From the human T2T-CHM13v2.0 reference genome, Homo sapiens: a DNA stretch of 64,000 bases. This document shows positions 13,081-26,539 of this stretch, piece after piece. Made by a program: the position numbers and the translations under genes. The stretch lies in the NCBI RefSeq assembly GCF_009914755.1, contig NC_060940.1; one strand, given 5' to 3'. Position 1 is the first letter of the stretch; the number at the start of each line of letters is the position of its first letter. The notes under the pieces are model-generated. The model was not told where the DNA came from. It saw only the letters and a list, made by a program, of their open reading frames with translations, and searched no databases.

Positions 13081-14249
13081 TGGCCTTTCACAATATTCTG
13101 AAGGTCATTTGAGAGTTTGACCAGTATTAATAAGACCAAGTCCTCTAGCTTGCCTTGATCAACAGGTGTTGATGGCTATTTAAATTCTTATTTTGGATCT
13201 TTAGTGTGCCCTAGTCAGTGAGGCTGTTTAATATTCAGTCACTCATTCACTCATTCAATAAATATTTATTTATTTGGGGCTTATGATGTGTGCGGCAGTC
13301 TGCTGATGATTCCTAATTGGGCTATTTTTTCCCCTGTTGAATTTCAATTGAGTAAGAATAAAGCAATTGCAGCATTTTTCAAGGCAAAACAAGCCATATA
13401 ACAACCACAGACCACAAGCAACAAAACAATCTTTCATGAGGCTAATTAGTCCTAAGCCTTAAAAAAATAATAATTGCCAAATTCTGGAGTGGTCTTTGAA
13501 GGCTTTTTGAGCTGAATAGTAATCAGGAAACTACAGCTTCACGAAGCAAGCTCTCAGACAAAAACAAGCCACTCTAGAGTTGTGTACTTTTCGTGCCTCT
13601 GATTTAGTTGAATTTCCTTCTGATAAGGAAATTTTAAGGACATTGATGGGCAAGGCAAGCACATTTATTGCACACATGAATTCTTTCAACAGACTTCATG
13701 ATACACAGCCAGTCTCATAATCAGAAGTATTTCTCTCTGTTTAAAACCCAGAAGGGTAGCTGACATCTTTTATCAAAAAGACAGACAATTCTTATCCCCT
13801 GACAATTCCAGATTATGGATCTCAGGAGGCTCTCCTTACACTGGTATTTTATCACTGGAATCAGAGAGACTGCTGTTTATTTTCTAAACCTCTGCATAGT
13901 TTTCAAGGTGTTGCCAGCAGGGCCTGGGCTGACAGTGACACGTGTTATTGTCACATTGCTAGATCTGAAAGAAAACAGAAGATAAATAAATATCAGTGTT
14001 TTCTTGGATCTCTTTTTTTTGCTATTGTGGGCACCGGAGGCACTGGTATTTGTTAATTCACATATCTGCTCTGTTTGATGAGGCCATTTTCCCTTTCATC
14101 TAATGGGGCACGGGGGGAGGGGGAGCACAGGCTGACCGACTGGTATGGACTAGGACAGCCAGTTCATCCAATTCCTAGTCTGTGTGAGGGACGGAGTGTG
14201 GAACTCTGGATAAAAAGTTCTATGGAGGATGCAGATTCTGGCTGCAGAA

Positions 14250-15087
14250 TCTTGTTCACCAATTACTGGGGCCAGAAACCTAAGACCCATCTTGACTCCC
14301 TCATTCCTTCACACTCTGTATCTAATCCTTCAGCATGTCTGTCACCTCTACCTTCAAAATATGTCCTGTACAGGCCCTCGTCTCACCATCTGTACTGTCT
14401 CCAGCCAAGTCTAAGCCTCAAACATCTCTTGCTATCAAATCTACGTTGGATTCCTGCAACGGCCTCCAAATTGGGTTCATCTCCAAATGTGGTTTGTCTT
14501 CTGCACAGCAGACAGAGTGATCTTTCTGAAACTCAAATCCAATCACATCCCTCCCTGGCTTTAAGAAAAAGATTTCTGTTCCAACCAGAATAAAATACAA
14601 ACTACTTAGAGAACTTTCCAGGCCCTGCATGATCAGGCCTTCCCTTAACCTCTCACCTCTGGCCTATTCTGCTCCTCAAACCTATGAACTCAGGGCCTTT
14701 GTACATGCTGTTCCTTCAGCTTGGAAAACTCAACTCACTCCACCCTTCTCCCTGTGATCCCTGTCTTTTCAAGGCCGCTTTTGATTCTTCATTATTGTTT
14801 AGGTCTCAGCTTCAGAATCTTCAGGGAGACCCTTGCTGATATAACCACATATACAACATTTCTTTGTATCAAATTATTCTTGTTGATCATTCTTCTAGCT
14901 CTTACTAGGAAGTGAAATTAGCTGATCTATTGTTTGCATGCCTGTTTTTCTGTCTCCCTCTGAGTACAAACTTCATGAAGGGAAGGAGCAGGCCTGTCTT
15001 TCCTTTTCTACCTCTGGGGATGCAGAGCCTAAGACAGTGTCAGGCCTACAGTAGCTATTTGACAATGGCCATTTGTTGACAGAATGA
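14250..15087 (+). mobile_element. L2 LINE (~0.8 kb 3' portion)
   Basis: CATCTTGACTCC, CTACCTTCAAAAT, GGCCCTGCATGATCAGGCC, CTCAGGGCCTTTGTACATGCTGTTCC, 3' ATTTGTTGACAGAATGA. Confidence 0.8.
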
Positions 15088-15169
15088 CTCAAAACCTCCT
15101 TTGTCCACGGAGCACCTTCTGTACTAGCAGTTTACACTATCATTATAACAACAACGATTACACTTGACA

Positions 15170-15990
<821 letters not shown>

Positions 15991-16156
15991 AATAAGAATT
16001 TAAAGGAAATATAGGTAAATGATAAGGTAGGTATTGAATGAAGGGGCAAAACTCATAAAGGCAGTAAAGGAATGGCCAAGGTTTGGGAAGCCCTGGACTG
16101 GAGTTCCACCATCCCGACTGAGCAGGGGGTCTGTCTTTATTCTCCTGTTCTCTTAA

Positions 16157-16491
<335 letters not shown>

Positions 16492-16679
16492 AATCTTTGT
16501 CAATCTTAATGCAATTGTGACTTTAACTCTGTCAACCTTTTCTTTGATGGATTCTGTATTTTATGTTTTGCTTAAGACAACAAAAAGCCCTTTCCCACCC
16601 TAAGATTATGACAAAGTAGGATCTCATATTATTCTCTGATGATCATATAATTTTTAAAAATATGACTTTGAGAAATTAT

Positions 16680-17265
16680 TTTTTAAATTGTTGTAAAATA
16701 CATATAATGCGAAATTTGCCATCTTTACCATTTTTAAGATGGTGAAACCCCGTCTCTACTAAAAATACAAAAATTAGCCTGGTGTGGTGGTGGGCACCTG
16801 TAATCCCAGCTACTTGGGAGGCTGAGGCAGAGAATTGCTTGAACCCGGTAGACGGAGGTTGCAGTGAGCCATCATCACGCCACTGTACTCCAGCCTGGGC
16901 GACAGAGTGAGACTCAGTCTTAAAAAAAAAATGTATAGTTTAATGGCATTAAGGACATTCACATTGTTCTGCAACCATCACCACCGTCCATCTCTGGAAC
17001 ACTTTTTCAAAAAACATCTTTTTGACATTGTGATGATGTTTTGATGCATATATACAATGTGTAACAATTGAATCCAGAACACTTTTCCTCTTATAAAACT
17101 GAAACTCTGTATTCATTAAACAATAACTCCCTGTCCCCATTTCCCCCAGGCCCTGGCAGACATCATGCCACTTTCTGTCTTCATGAATTTGACTACTCTA
17201 GGTAACTCATGTAAGTGGAATTTATTTAGTATTTGTCCTTTAGTAACTGACTGCTTTCACTAAAT
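16680..17265 (-). mobile_element. L1MB-like 3' end, interrupted by Alu fragment
   Basis: AAATTTGCCATCTTTACCATTTTTAAG / ACATTCACATTGTTCTGCAACCATCACCACC / TGAATTTGACTACTCTAGGTA. Confidence 0.8.
16739..16931 (+). mobile_element. AluS, 5'-truncated
   Basis: Begins ATGGTGAAACCCCGTCTCTACTAAAAATAC; right monomer and A tail. Confidence 0.9.
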
Positions 17266-17321
17266 ACAACAGTCATATAATTTAAAAAACCATTAGATAT
17301 TGAATCCACCTGGAATTTATT

Positions 17322-17356
17322 TGTGTGTGTATGTGTGTGTGTGTGTGTGTGTGTGT
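17322..17356. repeat. (TG)n microsatellite
   Basis: TGTGTGTGTATGTGTGTG... run. Confidence 0.9.
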
Positions 17357-17636
17357 ATAGTGTAGGTAATAATTTAATTTTAGCCCTCCTGACAAATGAT
17401 TAACCAGTTTCCCCTGTATTGTTTATTAAAGAGACAGTGTTTGTCACAATCCTTTAATATCCACCGGTATCATACTCAGTGTTCCACAGGTAAATGCCTC
17501 ATGTTTGGGAGCCTCTTTTTTGTTCCCTTGATCTGTTTCATTCATTCCTATGCCAGTTCCACAGTGTTGACCACTTTAGCTAAGATCTCACCTACCTTAA
17601 GCAAGGGGCTCTGCTCTGGCTTAGCGCTTGTCAGCA

Positions 17637-17954
<318 letters not shown>

Positions 17955-18934
17955 CTTGTCAGTTTTTCAACTGTTTACAAGGATACAGGATGCTCCCCAG
18001 GCTCCCTAAAACTCTCCCATCTCTCCTTTTCTCAAGGGAGTTTAGCATTCAGGGGTCTCAGTCTGAGTGGGTGAAGAAGGCCCGGGCCATGTTTGTCAGA
18101 TTGCACAGAACCCAAGAGTGCTGGGCACCCCTGCCTGCTGCAGGGCTGGGGTACCAAGAGGCTATTTTGCTGTCCTTGCCTCAGAAAGATGTGTTGGGGG
18201 TTAAGGTGCCCTGGGATGGTCTGAATTTCTCTGCCGGCTGTGGAACTTTGCCATAACCCAGTTGACTGAGAGGCAGAATTCAAGATAAGGCAAGTTAATC
18301 TTGGTTCCCCTCCAAGGACATTTGGTACTGACATGCAAAACAGGATCCCTTCAAAGTTCATTGCAGCAGGAGACCCTGGAGGCAGTCATAGAGTGTCCCC
18401 TGTATTTCTACAAAGGGTATGTGGAGTGCTGCTGGGGCTACCTGTTGCAGGCTGTGACCTGGCATTGACAGAAGACAGAATAGGCCCATCGGGGCAGGGC
18501 TGGCCTGCAGCTTTGTGGGCCCACAGAGTCTGCAAGGCTGTGCTAGGCACACCGGATCTGGACATTTCAAACTCCTTTCTCAGGGCCAGAGGTGTGGGCA
18601 GAGAGTGGGAAGAGGTGATGTTTCCACGAACCTCTTGCCATTCAACTTCTGATGAGTCAGATCATGTTCATCAGTCAGCTCCCTCTAGGTTTCTGATAGG
18701 CAGGAGAGATAGGATGGGCCAAGATGGAGCTGAGATAACATGGGGAGCTTGCTGGAGAATCATGGACATCCCGTTCCCCCACCCTGCAAGCCTCCAGTGT
18801 CAGGGAGGCCAGCTGGAGAGTCTGGCTGTCTTTGGTAAAGGCCCTTGGGCACAAGGTATCACATGGGGACATACAGCTCAAGGAGAATCATGCTGGGATT
18901 GTGGGTATAGCAGGCAGGGAGACAGACTGACTAA

Positions 18935-19420
<486 letters not shown>

Positions 19421-19469
19421 TGAACTTTTTCAACATAAATTTAGCATTTTTAAAAGCAATAATATCTGT

Positions 19470-19670
19470 AATAATCACACGTATCACTCAGAGAACACTT
19501 ATGATATGCCAGGCACTGCTGTAGGTAATCAAATATATTACTCTGGTCAATATCGTCTCCCTTGAGGTGGTTCTATTTTGTGTTATTTCCTCCCATTTAA
19601 CATATAGGGAAACTGAGGCACAGAGAGGTTACAAGTTACCTGCTCAGTCTCACTGATTCAAACCCATGCT
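19470..19670 (-). mobile_element. MIR SINE
   Basis: ATGCCAGGCACTG...GGAAACTGAGGCACAGAGAGGTTA. Confidence 0.8.
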
Positions 19671-20609
19671 GTGTCTGGTACCGGACCCTGAAACAGACTG
19701 CCTCTCAAGGAATGAGTCAGATATGGGTTAGGTTGAATTTTTTTTTTCCTAAGTCATATTAATAAATCACAATAATATATATATATATCAAAGTTTTTTA
19801 AAGCTCATCTGTGTACCGTCTGGTTCTTTCTGCACACTGCCCATTTTGGGCACCCACTTAGGCATTGCTGAGCCCAGGAGGTATAATGTATGTGCCCAGT
19901 CCAATTCTGGAGCCGTGACCACTTCCTTCCCCCAAATGGTGGGACCAGCAAGGCCACCATCCTCCTGACCCACGTGACTTAGCTCCATTAGCTCTCTATA
20001 TAATTTATACCTGGCTGCCACCTCCAGCCACTGTGGGGATTTGGTGTGCATGTGTTGGACAGGAGAGTGGGAGGAGAGAAAAGCCATGCAGATTCCTGCA
20101 GATCCCAGTGATTCATGCCTCACTGTCATCTAGCACCTTGCCTTACTCACTCCTGAAAGGTGCTCCGTGAAGTCGGCAAGGAGCAAGTTCAAGGTCCAGC
20201 TCTGGAGCCGCCCCCCATGGCCAGGAGGGCATGACCTTCAGCACCAGCCTGTTTTGTGGTTTTCATGAGCAGTTGCAGCATTGTTTGTTGGGTCATGATC
20301 ACCTCGGGTCATCTTATGGGAGAGCTGGGCAGCTCTTTGGGAAACCCTGGGGCACATTCCAATTTCCTTAGCTTCAGCCCATGCTAGAGTGAGATTTGAG
20401 AAATTATCTTGTCCTCTTTTGAAAGCAGCAGGTCACGTGGAGAAGGAATGGGCTTTTCCTCCAAGCCCTCACCTGTGGCCTGCCGCCTGTCCATCAGGCT
20501 GAGCATCTGGGCCTGAGATTTTAAAGGCCTGGACTCGTGAGCTCTCCTTTAAAGAATGACTTAGTCCTGTCCTCTGCTCTCAGCTGTGGATAATTACAGC
20601 CTTCTGTGC

Positions 20610-20790
20610 AGGTGGCTCTGGGTCAAATCCTGCTGCTTCTAATGAGCTGGTGGCAGGGCAAGTCATTTAGCCTCAATACAGGCTGGTTTCCTCATCTGTA
20701 AAATGGGCATGACATTGCCTATTCTGCAGTGTTGCAGGGAGAGTGGGATGAGTTAATTCATGGAGTCCTCAGCCCCTAAAAGCTGCCCAA
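20610..20790 (+). mobile_element. MIR SINE
   Basis: GGGCAAGTCATTTAGCCTC...TTTCCTCATCTGTAAAATGGG. Confidence 0.8.
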
Positions 20791-22989
20791 GAACTGTTGG
20801 CTAATGCTACACCAGTGTGGTGCCTGTTGTTGGCTTGCTTGTTTGTTTCCACCCCTACATTCATTGTGTACCTCCTCTGAGCCAGGCTCTGTGTTACATG
20901 AAATTCAGTGGCAACTGACAACAATGCAGTTCTAGCCCTCATTGACCAAAATGACTATTTTTCCCTGGTTATATATCACTGATTTTTGCATCTCTTAAAG
21001 ATGAGTCTTTTCTAAATCTTAGTGGGAAGGTCATGAACTCTTACAAAAGTCAGACAAGTGCACATAGGTACAAGGGACATAAATTTGCAAACAAGTTGTT
21101 GTTTTTTGCAAAGCAGTCAGGACCTCCTCTTGGTGCCAGGTTAAGAAACCCTAAAGATGGAATGGAGATAGGAAAGGTGTCTTCAGCAATTTATGCTCAT
21201 TCTATTTTCCTCTTCCCAGCCTCCATGGGTGCCCAGGGAATGGTGAAATGCTCTCTTTAAAAGCCAAGTTGTTTACACTGACCATATTTACTCTCAACTT
21301 CTAATTATTGAGTCAATATCATTTTTCCTTCTCTCCTTCTGCCCCTTGGCTCACAAAGCAAACAGCTTTACGAAACCTACCTGACTGTATTTCTTTATTC
21401 TATTTTAAATTTCACCTGCACCAATAATTAAATTACAGAGGCCAGGAGGGTCTAGAAGAGAGCCACTGTCTAGGCTGATGTGTTTGCTTCTTCTGCTAAC
21501 ATTGGAACCTCCCTCTTCTCTTGACATAGCTTTCAGCCCCCCATGTCTTAGGTGAGCTTTCACTATGCCTCTCTCACATTGTAAAAATTTTTTCAAAGTT
21601 TTGCTCCCTAGCTATGACCTGAGACATTGCTCCAACCAACGTGGGAGGGTGAGAATTTTCTCCACATCTATAACCACCAGGGAGTTTCTGAACATACTGT
21701 GATTACAGGAACCAACCCTCTTATCGGCTCTCCCCATCACTGCCCGGGTGAGGCTTTCAGGCTCTGCCCTGCTACTGGGCACCCTGTACCCAGAAGTGAG
21801 CTTCCGAGCACTGAGCTGTACTCAGCAAACTGATTTGTTCAGTCTTATCTCAGATGCCATGGGCAGATGAGAGTGATAATACCTCCTCTGTTTTGCAATG
21901 GTGGACATGATTGAGATGGGAGATAAGGCGAGGGAGAGGTGTGGCACAACCTTGAACCAACTCCACGGACAGTAGTGAGGCCATACAAACCCTTTTTCTT
22001 GTTGAACAACATGTCCTATCTCCATTAGTCATCTTACCAATCATCCTGTAATTAACCATGCTAATAGCGTTCTCTGCGGTGCTAGCGCTCAGTGCTCTCC
22101 TAGGCCCCCTTAGGAACAATGCCCTGCAATTAGCAGCCGATGGGTGACTCAGATCTCCTGGCTGGATGGTGATGGTCCTCAGATACCATCTCAGGGCCTG
22201 CCCGATTCTGCAGAATTTCATCTGGGGCTCTTGCCCATCCTGAAGTGAAGGGAACCTTCTGTTCCCCTTCGAGCAATTCCTCCTCCTGCCAAAAAATGTG
22301 GGCTCAGCAAACTGGTTTGTATTTGTACATCTCTCTTTCTCTCCACAACAGAGCTTCTCAAAGCCTCAGTCTGTCTCTGGTCAGTTCACCTCTGGGTCCC
22401 CAGAGAGCCTGGTGCTGAGCCCAGCCTACTACTGACCTGTGACAAATGTTGAATGAATACATTCTAGAGAACAAACACACCCCAGCACTCCCCCGGGGTG
22501 CCAGTTCATTTCACAAGTCTATTTTCTATGCCACCTTCTCCTGTCTCCTTCCTTGGCCTAAGGACAAGTTGCAATCTATAAGCTGAAAGGAAGCTGAGCA
22601 GTTTAGTCCTGAGGTGTGAGTACAGCTGTTGCTGTGGGTGGATGAGATAAGGCAATAAAGACTGGTGGCTGTCGTCGCTTCCAGAGAGCTCTGTAGGGCA
22701 CTGTGCATAGGTGCTCTTAATGAACTAACGTCAGCCATCCACACTGCAGACACATGGGGGCTGCAGTGTTGGTGGAGAGAGAAGTGGGGCAGGGATGAAA
22801 GGGGGTGTCATGGGTGAGGAGGTGCCACGAGTTCAGCCCTGTGGTATTTCCAGATACTAGGAGCTAGCTAGGAGGGAGAGGCAGGGAGTAGATATAAAAT
22901 GACACACATATGTGTTGATGTATATCCATATAGATCTATATAAATTATTTCTTTAATATACATGACCATTTTCTGAGCTGTTATTGGAT

Positions 22990-23463
22990 GTGGTTGGTCC
23001 ACTGATTGGAGTCGCTGCAGGAAATACATTCCAACTCAGATGGCCCAAAGGTCTTTAAGGAAGGGCCTGCTTTGGGGGATATTAAGGGCATGACCAGGGG
23101 ATGACAAGAACCCCAGAAACTAGTAGGGTGTTGTGACTACCTCTAGATCTGAAGGGGCACAGGAGGAAGTGGGACACCAGGGCTCTATGAGGGTGGAGAC
23201 CATGGAGCAGCACTGGCCACCTGGAGCTGGAGCCTTGGAGGGATATGGCCACTGCTTGAAAACACCGCCTGAAGCAAGAAGAGAGCAACAGCTTGTCCCG
23301 TCCTCTTCCTGATTTTTTGTCGGGGCATCCCATTGGCCAACTGGGAAGAGCCCATGGAGGTCTGAGTGTGCCATCCACGGGACCAGCTTCATAGGACACA
23401 GAGTCGGGCAAAGCCGGGAAGAGAATGGATGTGGGGTACATGGCTAGTGGGGAGAGCAGCACA
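22990..23463 (-). mobile_element. LTR33-like (ERVL) solo LTR
   Basis: CATCCCATTGGCCAA...GAGAATGGATGTGGGG...CAGCACA end matches recalled reverse LTR33 5' end. Confidence 0.6.
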
Positions 23464-23888
23464 GTTGGGGGACAATGACATCATCGCCTGGCCCTGGGAT
23501 GAAAGTTCCCCGTGGCCGTGTGAGTGATGCTGCTGGCTGTCCTCCTGAGTCACCTGTCTAGGAGATGCTAGCAGTACACAGTAGGTGCCACATTGTTTCA
23601 TTTAACCCATTGTCTATTAACTCTAACGCACTGACTATTACTTAGCTGCTTTGATGCGTCCTCTCATTTAATTCCAGTACAGTGCCTGGCACCTGGAAGA
23701 TGCTCACTAAGTACTTCTTAAATAATGAGTGGATGAATAAATTAATACATGAGTAAACAAATGGATGGATGTAAGTCACCTTCGGAGGGGATACTATGAA
23801 ACCTGTTTGACACCACTAGAAACTTGGGTTCTGAGAGGTTAAGAGAGCAGCCCAAGTCCATTTTGTCACTCGATCCATTCCATAAATA

Positions 23889-24218
23889 CAGTTGTCCTTT
23901 GGTATCTATGGAGGATTGATTCCAGGACCTCTGCAGATACCAAAATCAGCAGATGCTTAGGTCACTGATATAAAATGACATAGTATTTGCATATAACCTA
24001 TGCACAGCCTTCTCTATACTTTAAATCACCTTCACATCTCTTATAATACATAATACAATGTAAATCCTATGTAAATAGTTTCTATACTGTACTCTTTAGG
24101 GAGTAATGACAAGAAAAAAGTCCACACATGTTCAGTACAGATACAGCTTTTTTGAGTATTTTTGATACCGGTTTGGTTGAATCCACAAATGTGGAACCCA
24201 TGTACACAGAGAGCTCTG
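23889..24218 (+). mobile_element. MER2 (TcMar-Tigger MITE)
   Basis: CAGTTGTCCTTTGGTATC...GGATTGATTCCAGGACC...TTGGTTGAATCCACAAATGTGGAACCCATG; TA dinucleotide at both ends. Confidence 0.85.
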
Positions 24219-24224
24219 TATCTA

Positions 24225-24580
24225 TTGAGACTATAGACTAACTGTTGAGCACGCACTCTGTACTAGTGGTGTTACATTTGACTGGAGGAGAAAAAAATAC
24301 ACAAACCCGTGTATCCTGTATAATATCTAAGTGCTACAGATGAATAAAGTAGACTAGAGGGGCAGGGAGCCCTGTGCCCGGCTTTTTAGAGTGTTGCCAA
24401 GGATGGCCTCTGTCACAAGGGACATTGGAAGTGAGACCTGAGGGAGATGAGGACATGTCATGTGGCTTTCTGAGACAAGAGCCTTCCTGGAGGAGGAGAG
24501 TGAGTGAAGAGGCTTCAAGTAGGAACATGTCTGGGGGATTTGGGAAAATGCAAGAAGACCAGTGTGGCTTGGGCAGGTGT
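24225..24580 (-). mobile_element. L2 fragment
   Basis: GACATTGGAAGTGAGACCTGAGGGAGATG...CAAGAAGACCAGTGTGGCT. Confidence 0.6.
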
Positions 24581-24594
24581 AACTGACACTACTG

Positions 24595-25275
24595 TCTGCC
24601 CAGCAGCTGGAGGGATGTCCTGAAATGCCAGTCTGATGCCATCTTTCCTCAGTTGGAACCCTCTAATAACTTATCCTTTTACTTGGAATGCAGGTCAAAC
24701 TCCTACCTGGCCAGGCCTACTTAGCGAGGCACGAACCGTTCCACCCAGCTCTCTGAAGCCACCCACGGCCACACTTGCAGCCTGCTTTCCCACCATCAAG
24801 CCTTTGCCCTGGCCATTCCTCCTGCTTGGAACACTTGTCCTGGCTCCTTGGCTGCCACTCCTTGGAACTCCATCTTCTGACTCCCACTCCTGAGAATGCT
24901 GTCCCCAGGCTCTCGCAGTCCAACGTGGAACCATTTTTGGTTGCTTCTTACTTGACATTATTATCTCCTATTACCTGGTGACAGAGGGAGGAAGGAGTGG
25001 GAAGGCAGTGACCCAGAAAATTTGCCCCACGATGATGGGAGTATAGGAGAGAGAGAGAGAGATGGAGAGAAGAGAGATGTCACTACCAGGTTATTCCACG
25101 TCACTCTGCCCCAGTGTGAGCATCTCGAAGGAAGGAACCTCATCAGTCTCATCAGTTTTGTTCTTCACAGGGAACAGTTCTGAGGGACATCTGCAGTCAC
25201 CTGAGTGTCTTCTGTGCCTGGAGCAGTGCCGAGCACACAGCAGCTCTTCAGTAAATATTTATTGAATAATGAGTG
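24595..25275 (+). mobile_element. L2 fragments (with (GA)n near 25046-25078)
   Basis: TGGCCATTCCTCCTGCTTGGAACAC; 3' GTAAATATTTATTGAATAATGA. Confidence 0.6.
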
Positions 25276-25684
25276 ACTGGGTGAACCAGCAAGCAAGCTT
25301 TGTTTGAGACACCAGAATGAGAAGTTTTCTTGTGAGACTTTAGGCTTCCCAGGGAAGATTTAGGCCAAAGGTCTACACTCAAATGTCCACATTTGTTGAC
25401 CAGAAGAGAAAACTTGTGGGGATGCCAGGTGGAGAGGTTGGGGGAAAGCTTTCCTTTGCACTCTCCCCATATTTTCATCAAAAAGATGTTTTATGCAAGT
25501 TCTCCCCAGTGCCAGCAGCTCCTAGAACCCTGGGCAGCCCTTGAGGACCGGCTGTTATCAGCCATGCCACAGAATCTGCTGCCAGCACTCTTGTGGTGTT
25601 TTCCCTTTTAGCTAATGAACAGGAAACCACCCACTTATAGAGCCTAAAGCTGCCTATGAGTTTGTGCTTTCTACCTGGGAAGCT

Positions 25685-25842
25685 TTGAGAATTGCAGATT
25701 CTCTCACCTCCAGGGTGAGAGGTCCCAGATCCAAACATCTAAGCTTAGATGGGGATGGGCTTGGCATCCTGTCTTTAGAACAAGGTTCCCAGTGACTTAA
25801 ATATACTTGGTCTGAGCACCATACTCTGAGGGTCATACACTG
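25685..25842. mobile_element. MER5-like hAT MITE
   Basis: GCAGATTCTC...GGCATCCTGTCTTTAGAACAAGGTTCCCAGTGACTT. Confidence 0.55.
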
Positions 25843-26539
25843 GGTCTTGGGCCCCAGGCTTGGTTTTGGGTATGAAGAGGTGGTGTATGTGTGTGGTGTG
25901 TGTGCATTAGTGTGTGTATGTGTGCAGTCTATATATCTAGGCAAGTTTTTAATGTCTGATAAAGACATCTGATAAAGTCTCATCAGAACACTGGCATAGA
26001 AGTCTGCCATCATCCACCTTATCCTATCACTTTCAATTATAATGCCTTTCCTGTCCTTTAAATTTTCTAATAGTGCTCTGTGGTAGATGGGGCCAGCATG
26101 TTTCTTGTCCCCATTCTACAGAGGAGGACATAGTTCTGAAGTTAAATGGCTTCAAGTCTCAGTCTCAGGATCCTCTCACCATGGACTAAGCAGTCCACCA
26201 ATTTCCCCTACATTCATGGGGGACCATGTCATGACATGCTGGTGGCAGAAGGAGAAAGGACAAGGATGGAGACAACTCAGAAAATCTGTCCCACAATGGA
26301 AGTGTAGGAGAGAAAGACAGAGGGAGGTGAAGAGAAGAGAGGTGTCGCACATGGGGCTGTCCATCACCTAGAGTCCAGCCTGTGTATTTCAGAGAAAGCA
26401 AAACACCAAGAAACCGCATGTGATGAGAAGAAAGTCCTGGGAGCAAGACGAGCCTTGGTCCACGTCTCAGTGCTGTCCCCCAATTCTCTTGTCTTTGGCA
26501 GTACATCTCAGCCTGGGGCCAAGCAAATACCCCTGAGGA

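Noticed and set aside
14075-14593. 172-aa ORF
   Set aside because: Mostly degenerate L2 sequence.
25736-25751. 16-bp perfect palindrome CATCTAAGCTTAGATG
   Set aside because: Falls near the centre of a MER5-like MITE, a family that is naturally palindromic.
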